This document shows positions 8,886-17,677 of a stretch of DNA of 31,492 nucleotides, one piece after another. The notes beneath the pieces are model-generated. The model was not told where the DNA came from. It made no database searches and saw nothing but the letters and a program-made list of their open reading frames with translations. Within the stretch, counting starts at the first letter, position 1, and each line of letters opens with the position of its first letter. Made by a program: the position numbers and the translations under genes. This DNA is from a virus (taxonomy: Duplodnaviria; Caudoviricetes), in the IMG/VR virus record IMGVR_UViG_3300035542_000071, positions 1 to 31,492 of that record; one strand, 5' to 3'.

Positions 8886-9068
8886 CTAATCCAGTTTTCC
8901 TTCATCAAAAATCTGATCGCTATTTTCATGCCAATAGAAGTCTAGAGTTTTGTGGCAGCATGGACATTCCTCTTGATAGTTCCTAATCACCATTTTGTCA
9001 CTGAGTAGTAAGTTGTAATTGATGACGCATAATGGTTCTTCGCAATAGCTACAATGAATAAATACCAT
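8886..9068 (-). CDS. Small Cys-rich (Zn-ribbon-like) hypothetical protein
   Basis: Strong GGAGGTG RBS. CSYC...CPCC with an acidic tail. Confidence 0.65.
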   Translation of the reverse strand: MVFIHCSYCEEPLCVINYNLLLSDKMVIRNYQEECPCCHKTLDFYWHENSDQIFDEGKLD

Positions 9069-9124
9069 TTGAACACCTCCATAACTTACATATGCAAAGA
9101 ATGCTCAAATGGCAAAATCAGTTA

Positions 9125-9541
9125 TTACTTTGTTCCATCTTTATCTCCACCGTCTTTAAGTTGTTCCAAAACATCGCGGAACTTCTCTGGAATAGGAAGT
9201 CCAAGTCTTGTGGCGTTTTCAATGATGCTGATTCCTTCATTGGATAGGTAGAAGAAGATGACTGCTGTTCTGATAACACCACCATCACCGATAATGTTCT
9301 GATCAATGATGTGGGCAATGCCTACCAACGAAAAAATAACGACTTTCTTGAAGATGCCCCGAGCACCAACGTCACTGGATAAATGCTTCTCGATAATGGC
9401 GCACATGACACCAAGCAGATAGTCAATGACCACAAAGGCAATCAGGGCATATAAAAATCCATCGTAACCTCCGAGAAACCAGCCAAGCCAACCACCAAGG
9501 CCAGCAATAGCCAGTTGAATATAAGTCCAAATGTCTCTCAT
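9125..9541 (-). CDS. Holin (phage holin 4 / toxin secretion-phage lysis holin family)
   Basis: GGWLGWFLGGYDG, DYLLG, LSSDVGARGIFKK, FYLSNEGISIIENATRLGLPIP. Hydrophobic helices are present. Confidence 0.92.
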   Translation of the reverse strand: MRDIWTYIQLAIAGLGGWLGWFLGGYDGFLYALIAFVVIDYLLGVMCAIIEKHLSSDVGARGIFKKVVIFSLVGIAHIIDQNIIGDGGVIRTAVIFFYLSNEGISIIENATRLGLPIPEKFRDVLEQLKDGGDKDGTK

Positions 9542-9574
9542 TGTTTTTCCTCTCTTTCATGTAGATTTATATAT

Positions 9575-9599
9575 AAAAAGACGCCTAGTTAAAGGCGTC
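9575..9599 (-). terminator. Intrinsic terminator upstream of holin
   Basis: GACGCCU-UUAACU-AGGCGUC followed by UUUUU. Confidence 0.65.
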
Positions 9600-9624
9600 A
9601 TAATCTGATAATAAAGGGCTTCAA

Positions 9625-10698
9625 TTAGTAAGGTGCATAGTAAACATAGCCGCTGGCTTTGGCATAGAACCCGTCTCCGGGAATGTACATGGCACCGTCA
9701 AAGGTATCGTATTGGGAAGTTGTGAACCCTGGCTGATGCAAGCATTCCCAGGTAATCCCATCAGAGGATACACAAAGGCTGCTCTCTTTTAGAAGCGCAA
9801 ACTTCCCCCAATCTGGCATCCAGATGATATTCCTTGGATTAGGGATGTTGTTATTGGCAAGATCGCCTACCCAGGAGAGATTGGTTTCGGTAATTTCTGT
9901 GGCATTATCGTTCATCACGCAGAGCTTCACATAGTAGGTGTAATCGCCACCCACATTGGTATAGTTGAATTTCATGACAAAGAGCACACCATTGATAGAA
10001 CGGATGAACATGTACCGAGTATCATTCACATCTTCAGGAATGGTGGTTACCCAGCTTCCAGGACTTGATGTACTTGCTCTGGCGATGGATTTGTCCCCAC
10101 CAACAACTCCCACAAAGTTTCCTTTATGCCTGGTCAGGTATTTAAAGATGGGGACTGAGGTTCCGTCCGATCCAACCAAGGTCCAAGCAGTTCGTTCTTC
10201 CAGGGAATCAAAGCTGTAATAAACCGGTGACTTGTAGTACCACCAGCTGACCACACCAGAGCCCCTGTCCATATCATAAGCACCACAGGTCATAGCGTTT
10301 TGCGCTCCAGCGCAATAACCCGCATTGTGCCAGGTAATCCCGTCAAAGGATGCGATGATATTAGCGAGGCCCGCAATCTTGGCAATAAAGACACCATCCG
10401 CAGCATAAAGTATCTCAGGCTGCCCATGACTCCACCAAGGAACACTGACAACGGTCCATTGTTTGGTGGTCTTGTTCCAGTAGGACATGTATGGGGTTTT
10501 GGCATAATAAACTGCAATCTGAGCGTTTCCATTATCATAGACATTAATCTGTCTCTCACTTCCGTATTGAGTATAGCCAAAGTTGTTATAGTACTTCTTG
10601 GTCCAGCTTAAGGTAGGAATAGGAAGGATAATGCTGCCCCTGGCACCAAAAGCTGTCCAGATGGCCAAGGTGTTATTAAAATTACGATCATAGCTCAT
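9625..10698 (-). CDS. Putative receptor-binding/tail-tip protein with Asp-box repeats (beta-propeller-like)
   Basis: Last gene before the holin. Aromatic/Gly-rich beta composition, with SFDGITW and SSDGITW Asp-box-like motifs. Confidence 0.6.
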   Translation of the reverse strand: MSYDRNFNNTLAIWTAFGARGSIILPIPTLSWTKKYYNNFGYTQYGSERQINVYDNGNAQIAVYYAKTPYMSYWNKTTKQWTVVSVPWWSHGQPEILYAADGVFIAKIAGLANIIASFDGITWHNAGYCAGAQNAMTCGAYDMDRGSGVVSWWYYKSPVYYSFDSLEERTAWTLVGSDGTSVPIFKYLTRHKGNFVGVVGGDKSIARASTSSPGSWVTTIPEDVNDTRYMFIRSINGVLFVMKFNYTNVGGDYTYYVKLCVMNDNATEITETNLSWVGDLANNNIPNPRNIIWMPDWGKFALLKESSLCVSSDGITWECLHQPGFTTSQYDTFDGAMYIPGDGFYAKASGYVYYAPY

Positions 10699-10709
10699 GG
10701 GTTTCCTCC

Positions 10710-11837
10710 TTAAACTTTCTCAATGGCGGTAATTCTTCCGCTGGCATCCGTTGTATAAGTGTAATTTCCTGTTGAACCATCAGCATAGGTTACTTCAAAT
10801 GCAGCCGCATCCACCAACAGTGAAGATACTTCCTTTAAAAGAAGCTCTGAAAAGATATCTTCTAGGGTGATGGACGTTATTCGACCACTAGAATCTGTTG
10901 TAAAGCTGTACTCGGCATGATACTGATGGGTATCACCTTTTTCCACTTCATAGGTCACATTGATTTTGTTATCAACCACCGACAGTGTTTTTACAATGGT
11001 GTAGGAGACGCTTAAGTCATAGACCTGGTTTTGAAGGTCATCCACGGAGCTTCCCACATTGGAAATTGAGTTTTCAATGCGATAGAAGGTATCAGAAATA
11101 CTTGGCCTGTATCTTCCCACCTCAACGCGGATGTTGAACCTGTAAAATGGATTGTACTCAAGAGAGATGATCCTGGTTTTCACATTGATACCTAATGGAT
11201 TGAAGATGATGTGCACATTATCACCAACAGCCAAATCCATCAGCTTAAAAAAGGAAATATCGTAGGATGATGCATTCTCCCTGGAGTCATGGGATACAGC
11301 CACATTTGTGACATTCTTTGAACCCATCACCGGGATATAATAATTAGAACCTCTATGGCTACGAATATTAATGCTATAGCCATCGTACTGGATTTCACCA
11401 CCCAAAATAGCAATGAACTGCATCAGCGCAGCTCGCCTGGAAACCTTCTGGTTGATTTTCATCGTGACGCTTTCTGTAAAATCCACAATCCCAGCTGAAA
11501 AGGGAGTGCCTGCAAGGAGCTGGGATAATCCTGCTGTAGGATCACCCGTGAAGTCAAAACTGCTTATTTGATACATTTCATGGTTCAAAAGATAAGACAC
11601 ATGCTCACAAAGAACAGAGCAGACCGGTAGGCTCCCTTGAATTGATTTACTGATTTGAACCAGTTCAAAATACTGATTATCTAGTTTTGCAATTTGCTTT
11701 GTTTTTAAAGCCAATGCAGACTTCGCCATAACAGTAAATGAGAGGGTAAATTCACCCTCTAAGGTTTCTCTAATATTTGAGCTGATGACTTTCTTAACGG
11801 ACTGAATCATGGTTGCTCCTGCGTAAATTTCAATCAA
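10710..11837 (-). CDS. Tail hub/Tal-like protein (prophage tail endopeptidase-like N-terminus)
   Basis: Follows the tape measure gene. IRETLEGEFTLSF...QYFELVQI...CEHVSYLLN...GGEI...KNVTNV...VGDNVHI...RIISLEYNP pattern. TTG start with GGAGG RBS. Confidence 0.75.
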   Translation of the reverse strand: MIEIYAGATMIQSVKKVISSNIRETLEGEFTLSFTVMAKSALALKTKQIAKLDNQYFELVQISKSIQGSLPVCSVLCEHVSYLLNHEMYQISSFDFTGDPTAGLSQLLAGTPFSAGIVDFTESVTMKINQKVSRRAALMQFIAILGGEIQYDGYSINIRSHRGSNYYIPVMGSKNVTNVAVSHDSRENASSYDISFFKLMDLAVGDNVHIIFNPLGINVKTRIISLEYNPFYRFNIRVEVGRYRPSISDTFYRIENSISNVGSSVDDLQNQVYDLSVSYTIVKTLSVVDNKINVTYEVEKGDTHQYHAEYSFTTDSSGRITSITLEDIFSELLLKEVSSLLVDAAAFEVTYADGSTGNYTYTTDASGRITAIEKV

Positions 11838-11855
11838 GGGACCGCCTCCTTTCTA

Positions 11856-14126
11856 TTAACTTCCTGCCACACCAAGGTTTCTAACTGTGACGGTATTTTG
11901 GTTCCACTGAAGCTGTGCAATAACTCTTGTTAGAATATTACCATCAATGGTAAGAGGGATAGTTACATCAAAGACTGCGCCGTCAGAACCACCAAAGCTA
12001 CCCGTGACTTGAGAATTCAGGTCCAAATCAAAGTCTGTAGGAATAGCTCTCTGCATATCTTTTTCGACATCACCCATGGCTTTCTCGAAGCCCTCTCCAA
12101 TACCTTCACCCATGTTGGAACCAATGCCTGCAAATACCTTTGAAGGAGATCTAATACCAAGAACCTTCTTAACTCCACCAACGATCCCGTTGACCATGTT
12201 TTTCACTTTTTCTCCAAGCCAACCAATCATCGATGCGATACCGTCCCATAAACCTCTGGCGATATTTCTTCCCACTTCTAAGATTGATGGGATCCCACGG
12301 GCAAGTCCGGTGACGATAGACATGATGATTTGGGGCAATTGAGCCACGATCTGAGGAATGGCACGAATAAGTCCCATACCAAGTTGAATGGTCAGCTGAA
12401 CTCCCATTTCAATAAGCTTTGGTAGATTGCTGGTGATAAAGGTAATGATGCTGTTAATAATCTGAGGCAGTGATTGAATCAGTGTTGGCAGAGAGTTCAA
12501 AAGCCCCATAGCCAAGCCGCTGATAATCTGAAAAGCTGCATCCAGCACCAAGTCTAAGTTATTGATAAGTGTTGCAGCAATTAGAATCACCGCTTCTACA
12601 ATGGACGGAATGAGTTCCGGTAGTGCATCTCCTAGTCCGGTGGCTAGGGTCACAATCATCACTAGCGCCGCTTCCACTAGGGCAGGAAGATTGGTAATAA
12701 TCCCATCTACCAGTGTAAGAACAAGCTGCAAAGCACCATCTGTAATTTGTGGCAAGGCTTCGATAAGGCCACCTACAATGGTCATGATGATATTGGTTGC
12801 CGCTTCAATAAGTGTGGGAAGATTATCTAAAATCCCACTGACAAGAGCGAGAATCAAATCAGGTGCAACTTCTGCAATAGCTGCAATAAGTCCAGTAACC
12901 ACATCCAGTATTTGAGGAAGGATGACGGCAATCTGCTCAACCGTCTGCTTTGCACCTTCTTTTAACTGCTCAGCGGCACCCTCTTGGCCAGTGATAAGGC
13001 CCGTCAAACCATCTAAAATCATGGTAAAACCAGGAAGGAGCTGTGAGGTGATGTTGTTTTTCACCCCAGCAAATGAGCGGGTGAGGTTATCCATGGCGTC
13101 TGTGTAGTTCACCGCAGCGTCTACTGACTCATCGCTCATAACCAGCCCCAGCTCACTGGCTTTATTCTTAAGGGCATCGGTGCTTTCAGCGGTTTGGTTT
13201 AAAAGTGCCCCCAGTTCAACTGAAGCACTCCCAAGAAGGTCATTGGCAATGGCCGCTTTTTCACCTTCATCAGAGATCCCTTGAAGACCTTTAATGGTCA
13301 TTTCAAAGACTTCTTCACGGGTTTTTCCCTGTAGATCTGACATGGAAATACCTAATCGTTGAAACTTTTCAGTGGCTGAGGAACTCCCATTGATGGCATC
13401 GTCCACGGTGTTATTAAGTTTCTTCATTCCGTTATCTAAGGAAGAGATACTGGCACCGTTTTGTGAAAGAACATAGTCCCACTCTTGGTAGCCTTTTCTG
13501 GAGAGACCAATTCTCTGGCTAGCCTTATCGATCTCATCCCCTGCGGCGGCAGCATCATTAGCCATATCAAAGAGCTTTTTACCTGCGGTGACAGCTGCAG
13601 TTCCAATGGCTGCCATGGCAACGCCAATCCCCGCAGCCACACCTTTCATAACTGAACCGAGCTTTTCAAACTTACCACCAGAATCATCTGCCACTTTTGC
13701 AGAGTCTTTGATTTCATCCCCAAACTTGTCAGCTTCTTTACCAGCATCATCAAACCCATCACTGGCTGCATCTAATGCCTTATTGTTATCATCCAGCTCT
13801 TTTTCCATTTTATTTAGATCTGCATTTGCATTGTTTAGCTGGATCTGCCAGGCTTTTGTTCTTTTGTCATTCTCCCCAAAGGACTCAGCAGCATTTTTCA
13901 GCGCAGCTTCAAGGGTGGATACTTTGCTTTTCTGAGCGTCGATCTCTTTATTTAACACTTCATTTCTTGCTGTAATAGCTTTGATAGATTTATCTTGCTT
14001 ATCAAACTGTGAGGTGACCAGATTCATTTCAGAACCCAGCACTTTGAATGTTTGATTGATATCTCGAAGAGAGTTCTTAAATTCTTTCTCACCCTCAACA
14101 CCTATTTTTAGGCCGAAGTCCGACAT
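11856..14126 (-). CDS. Tape measure protein (756 aa)
   Basis: MSDFGLKIGVEGEKEFK start, coiled coil, amphipathic repeats (LPQI/LPTL) and LGIRSPSKVF motif. Confidence 0.92.
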   Translation of the reverse strand: MSDFGLKIGVEGEKEFKNSLRDINQTFKVLGSEMNLVTSQFDKQDKSIKAITARNEVLNKEIDAQKSKVSTLEAALKNAAESFGENDKRTKAWQIQLNNANADLNKMEKELDDNNKALDAASDGFDDAGKEADKFGDEIKDSAKVADDSGGKFEKLGSVMKGVAAGIGVAMAAIGTAAVTAGKKLFDMANDAAAAGDEIDKASQRIGLSRKGYQEWDYVLSQNGASISSLDNGMKKLNNTVDDAINGSSSATEKFQRLGISMSDLQGKTREEVFEMTIKGLQGISDEGEKAAIANDLLGSASVELGALLNQTAESTDALKNKASELGLVMSDESVDAAVNYTDAMDNLTRSFAGVKNNITSQLLPGFTMILDGLTGLITGQEGAAEQLKEGAKQTVEQIAVILPQILDVVTGLIAAIAEVAPDLILALVSGILDNLPTLIEAATNIIMTIVGGLIEALPQITDGALQLVLTLVDGIITNLPALVEAALVMIVTLATGLGDALPELIPSIVEAVILIAATLINNLDLVLDAAFQIISGLAMGLLNSLPTLIQSLPQIINSIITFITSNLPKLIEMGVQLTIQLGMGLIRAIPQIVAQLPQIIMSIVTGLARGIPSILEVGRNIARGLWDGIASMIGWLGEKVKNMVNGIVGGVKKVLGIRSPSKVFAGIGSNMGEGIGEGFEKAMGDVEKDMQRAIPTDFDLDLNSQVTGSFGGSDGAVFDVTIPLTIDGNILTRVIAQLQWNQNTVTVRNLGVAGS

Positions 14127-14150
14127 AGCGTTCACCTCCTTTGGGGCATG

Positions 14151-14178
14151 AAAAAAGACACCCATAATCGAGTGCCTT
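14151..14178 (-). terminator. Intrinsic terminator after the Fe-S moron
   Basis: AAGGCACUC-GAUUAU-GGGUGUCUU followed by UUUU. Confidence 0.7.
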
Positions 14179-14200
14179 GTAAAAGTATTTATTGATTTAT

Positions 14201-14686
14201 TTATTCTGCTAATGCTTCATCTATAGCTTGTTGAATCGCCTCATGGCAGCATACTCCCAACGGGTTTTTGATTTCACAGTTGGAGTTTCTCATTGCGCCA
14301 GTGATAGCTAACACATCTTTCATTTTCTGCGCGCCTTTATCCTTTACAGCTTCTTTCACCTGATCAATCGTAACCTTGCTGCAATAACAAGCATATCTAG
14401 GATCTGCTTCTTTCTTAAACCAAATAGGAACTTTTATTTGCTCTTTGCTAAACTGAACTTTATTGTTTTCACTGTAGTAAACAGTATCGCAGTTTTCATT
14501 CATGCATATGGAATAATTTGAAGAATCGACAGATGTTTCATACTCATCTTTTACTAAATGTCTCACTGTAACATTTTTTACTTTTTTGCCCTCTTGCTTG
14601 CAAATAGGGCACTTGTTAGTATCATTACTAATTATGGTCAAATCTACAATATCGCCACAACAATTACACCCTTTATTTTCTGACAT
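14201..14686 (-). CDS. CopZ-N-terminal-like Zn / BFD-like [2Fe-2S] protein (moron)
   Basis: CPIC...C.N..CDTVYY, ACYCSKVT, C..KNPLGVCC cysteine pattern. AT-rich, with its own upstream regulatory region and terminator. Confidence 0.8.
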   Translation of the reverse strand: MSENKGCNCCGDIVDLTIISNDTNKCPICKQEGKKVKNVTVRHLVKDEYETSVDSSNYSICMNENCDTVYYSENNKVQFSKEQIKVPIWFKKEADPRYACYCSKVTIDQVKEAVKDKGAQKMKDVLAITGAMRNSNCEIKNPLGVCCHEAIQQAIDEALAE

Positions 14687-14706
14687 TTTATTCCTCCATT
14701 CGTTTT

Positions 14707-14730
14707 GTCATATACACTATTATATATGAC
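14707..14730. promoter_or_regulatory. Palindromic operator overlapping a -10 box upstream of the Fe-S moron
   Basis: GTCATATA-N8-TATATGAC perfect inverted repeat. The minus strand contains TATAAT within it. Confidence 0.6.
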
Positions 14731-14755
14731 TGCTTCAAATCATAATAGGAAAAAT

Positions 14756-14959
14756 TTACAGAAATTCTGGTATTATTTCATCGATATAGCGTCCTTGTTT
14801 CGGTTTCGATATTCCGGTAAATTGCTTATGACACTCCCAAAGGTCCATCAAATAGCCAATGGGCATAAGCCACACTTCATCTTCTAAGCGTCTTAAATGG
14901 ACTGTTCCAAAGTAGATAAGTCGGGTAAAGACTTGTTCATCACTTACCCGACCACCTCG
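14756..14959 (-). CDS. Tail assembly chaperone C-terminal extension (gpT-like), reached by -1 frameshift
   Basis: The -1 frame after A-AAA-AAC reads RGGRVSDEQVFTRLIYFGTVHLRRLEDEVWLMPIGYLMDLWECHKQFTG...IDEIIPEFL-stop. Confidence 0.8.
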   Translation of the reverse strand, partial: RGGRVSDEQVFTRLIYFGTVHLRRLEDEVWLMPIGYLMDLWECHKQFTGISKPKQGRYIDEIIPEFL

Positions 14960-15354
14960 TTTTTTGAGTCGTCACTCCCCACATTCCTTTTTGTACCTTT
15001 CATCATACTGGCCATGATGGCATTTTTGTAATTAGCTAGATCAAATGGAGTGGTAAGAAGTTCCACTTCATCTTCTGTGAGCAGTTCTTTTCTATCATCC
15101 TTGTTCCTAATATTATGGATCAGGATGGATTGGTTTGCCAGAAGGGTGATGAGCCACACCACCTCTTCGAGCGCCATTTCAAAGTTCTCAGTTTTCATGA
15201 GCTTATCGCCCAAATTCTCAAGACCACCATAGCGCTTGGCAATTTCCTTTGTAGCTTTAGTGGTAAGAATCATCTTAAACTCTGTGCCACCAATATCAAT
15301 GGTGGTACTTCTTTCTTCAGCGGCTTCGTCAATCTTTAATTTTTTATCTGCCAT
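14944..15354 (-). CDS. Tail assembly chaperone (gpG-like)
   Basis: Lies between the major tail and tape measure genes and ends S-K-N at a slippery heptamer. Start MADKK with GGAGG RBS. Confidence 0.8.
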   Translation of the reverse strand: MADKKLKIDEAAEERSTTIDIGGTEFKMILTTKATKEIAKRYGGLENLGDKLMKTENFEMALEEVVWLITLLANQSILIHNIRNKDDRKELLTEDEVELLTTPFDLANYKNAIMASMMKGTKRNVGSDDSKNEVVG

Positions 15355-15368
15355 GATCAACCCTCCCA

Positions 15369-16250
15369 TTAAGAAACAACAACAGTGGCCACTGTAGTCG
15401 TCACGTTTTCTGCGCCACTAGAGCTTAAGACACAGTAGTAGTAATAGGTATCGGCCAAGAGATCTGTTGGAATATCAAAGCTGGCCGATGTCTCCCCATT
15501 AATGGCAGTACCGCCAGTGGTGCTATCGATGGTATTTTCATACCATTGATAGGTTACAGGGTTTGAGGTGTTGGAATTTGCCACAACAGAGAGGCTTCCA
15601 GAAATACTGCCTGCGGTTACTTCAGTTAAGCTTGCCGGCTCAGTTGTGATGGTTATGGTTGGCGTTACGGCTGTAAAGTCTGGTTCATATACGGATGTGA
15701 ACCAACTTGTAATGGTTGATGCCGATACACCATTATCGCCTTCAGTAACTTCCGCTTTCCAAGGATGTTTGCTTTCTCCATCCAGTTTGTTTCTCCTAAA
15801 GACGGTTCCTTCTATGGTGGGACTGCTAAATGTGATGGAGTCACCTTTGGTTGCAAGACTTGTAGCGGGAACAGAGAAGATAACCCTGTAGAGCCAAAAG
15901 TAGCGATATTTTCCATTGGCCTTCTTGGCGCGAAACCCAACTGCCACAGGGCTACCACCATCTTCACTTCTTGAAACCACCACATTGTTGCTATCAATTT
16001 TGCAGCCGGTTAAATCCTGAGCCACAAGTGAACCAATATCATCAATTCCTAAACTTAAAGCACCACTCTTAAATTCTTTGACCACCTCGCTGGCACCGTC
16101 ATCTGCGTAGAGAATGGCTTCAATGAGCTCAATACTCAGTTCTGCAGTCATGGCTTTAGCCAGCACTTTAGGGGTGCCATAGGTTTCAATGCCGTTTTGA
16201 TCTTCTGTGATTTTTGCATAAAATAGAGAGTCCAATCCGATCGTTGCCAT
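15369..16250 (-). CDS. Major tail protein (phi13 family) with fused C-terminal Ig-like domain
   Basis: MATIGLDSLFYAKI, LYADDG, VAVGFRAKKANGKYRYFWLY. C-terminal LSVVA...TYQWY...YYYCV Ig-like motif. Confidence 0.9.
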   Translation of the reverse strand: MATIGLDSLFYAKITEDQNGIETYGTPKVLAKAMTAELSIELIEAILYADDGASEVVKEFKSGALSLGIDDIGSLVAQDLTGCKIDSNNVVVSRSEDGGSPVAVGFRAKKANGKYRYFWLYRVIFSVPATSLATKGDSITFSSPTIEGTVFRRNKLDGESKHPWKAEVTEGDNGVSASTITSWFTSVYEPDFTAVTPTITITTEPASLTEVTAGSISGSLSVVANSNTSNPVTYQWYENTIDSTTGGTAINGETSASFDIPTDLLADTYYYYCVLSSSGAENVTTTVATVVVS

Positions 16251-16595
16251 TTATTCTTCCTCCGTTTCATATTCTTTCATTACGTCAATGGCGTAATGAT
16301 GAAATTTAGTGTCGTGTTCGTAACCTACATACTGTCTATCCGTGATGGTTATCCCTCCAGATTGTAGGGCCTTAGTCAGTTCTTTCTTGCGCTTCATATA
16401 GTTCTTCTTCGTGAAAAGAGAAAGCCGAGCTTCTGAAAGAATCATATAGGCCTCATTGTCTGCAAAGAGATCAAGCCTATCAGACATGGGAGTGATAACC
16501 AGATATTCATCAGGCGGCGTATCAGAAAACACTCCGGTTTCCACAGGAATGTTCAGGGGTCCGAGTATGTGGTTTAAATCCGCAAGTAAGCTCAT
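16251..16595 (-). CDS. Tail terminator/completion protein
   Basis: Position directly before the major tail gene. IPVETGVFSD.PPDEY...YE.DTKFHHYAIDV. Confidence 0.7.
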   Translation of the reverse strand: MSLLADLNHILGPLNIPVETGVFSDTPPDEYLVITPMSDRLDLFADNEAYMILSEARLSLFTKKNYMKRKKELTKALQSGGITITDRQYVGYEHDTKFHHYAIDVMKEYETEEE

Positions 16596-17023
16596 AGCTT
16601 TTCAATCTCCTTATCCAGTTCTGATTTCATAGTTTCAATGCAGGCCTTCCGCGATGCTGACTTTGCGGGCTTCAAGAAGGGTTTAGGCGGCTGACCTGAT
16701 TTACCGTACTCAAGGATATTTGCAATCTTAGCATTGGCATCTCCATCACCACGAGGTTCATTAAAGCCAACCTTGACATTGAAGTTTCCATTTCGATCTA
16801 GCTTAGTGGGAGAGAGGCCTAGGGAAGATACCAGCTCGCCAGTTGAACGGCTTTTTTCTTTGGTTTCGTTCCCAATAACGCCTTTAAGGTTGGTTTTCAC
16901 TTTATCCAGAACAACCTCACCACCAGCTTCTAAAACATTAGAGATGATTTCATCGGTCTTATCACCAAGTTTTGAGAGCTTCATCAGAAAGTCATCGGGC
17001 ATTTTCATGGTTGCTTTAGCCAC
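16592..17023 (-). CDS. HK97 gp10-like tail component
   Basis: GTG start with GGAGG RBS. RSTGEL, ILEYGKSGQPPKPFLKPA. Confidence 0.85.
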   Translation of the reverse strand: MAKATMKMPDDFLMKLSKLGDKTDEIISNVLEAGGEVVLDKVKTNLKGVIGNETKEKSRSTGELVSSLGLSPTKLDRNGNFNVKVGFNEPRGDGDANAKIANILEYGKSGQPPKPFLKPAKSASRKACIETMKSELDKEIEKL

Positions 17024-17348
17024 TTGGAACCACCTCCTTGGCCAGCACTTCAATGTACATCCCGCGGCCTTTCACATCTTCAACGGATGTGATTTCAAAT
17101 CTCTTATCACTATGGATGATCACCATAGACGTTGTAATGGTTATACCAGGTATGCGGCGAAAGCGAAAAAGGTCTGTGGCTTCTGAAAAGGAAGCTCTAT
17201 TTGCCCATTTCTCATTGCCATGGCGACCTTCTCGATAAGCCCTTACAGAAGCTACAATATTATCAACTTCTGTTTTAAACCCTTCGGAATCTTTTATGGT
17301 GATGCTTTCTACAATATCGATAAAGGTATTCATTTTCCCAAAGCTCAT
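17016..17348 (-). CDS. Head-tail adaptor / head closure protein (SPP1 gp16-like)
   Basis: MSFGKMN...FRFRRIPG...RFEITSVEDVKGRGMYIEVLA, and gene order. Confidence 0.82.
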   Translation of the reverse strand: MSFGKMNTFIDIVESITIKDSEGFKTEVDNIVASVRAYREGRHGNEKWANRASFSEATDLFRFRRIPGITITTSMVIIHSDKRFEITSVEDVKGRGMYIEVLAKEVVPSG

Positions 17349-17350
17349 GA

Positions 17351-17659
17351 CTACACCTTCCAATCCCGATCAAGCCGCAGCAGGAGATTGACTGTATTCC
17401 ATACCTGCTGTCCAGCTTGAACATTATCTGAAAAGAAACCACCGGTGCTGCCGTCCCTGGATTCATAAAAGTGGGACGACAGCATAATGATGGCTTGCTG
17501 TGTGGTGGCTGGCATAACTGCTTCCACGTAGTGGTTTTCAGTAAGGTGCTGATAGCTTTCTGCATACCTCGTGGCGGCGGTGATGTACATCTCGAGGAGT
17601 TCATCATCAGCCGAGTGATCAAGAATTAGATTTGCTTTCACTTTTTCCAGCAGTGTCAT
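17351..17659 (-). CDS. Head-tail connector (HK97 gp6-like)
   Basis: LEKVKANLILDHSADDELL...QAIIMLSSHFYESRD. Confidence 0.88.
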   Translation of the reverse strand: MTLLEKVKANLILDHSADDELLEMYITAATRYAESYQHLTENHYVEAVMPATTQQAIIMLSSHFYESRDGSTGGFFSDNVQAGQQVWNTVNLLLRLDRDWKV

Positions 17660-17677
17660 CTCGCCACCATCCTTTCA

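Noticed and set aside
9625-10698. Diversity-generating retroelement target in the tail-tip gene
   Set aside because: No reverse transcriptase and no template/variable repeat pair with adenine-specific mismatches is seen. The only repeat is a 21-nt Asp-box.
12300-12950. Periodic repeats in the tape measure gene
   Set aside because: Ordinary amphipathic tape-measure repeats.
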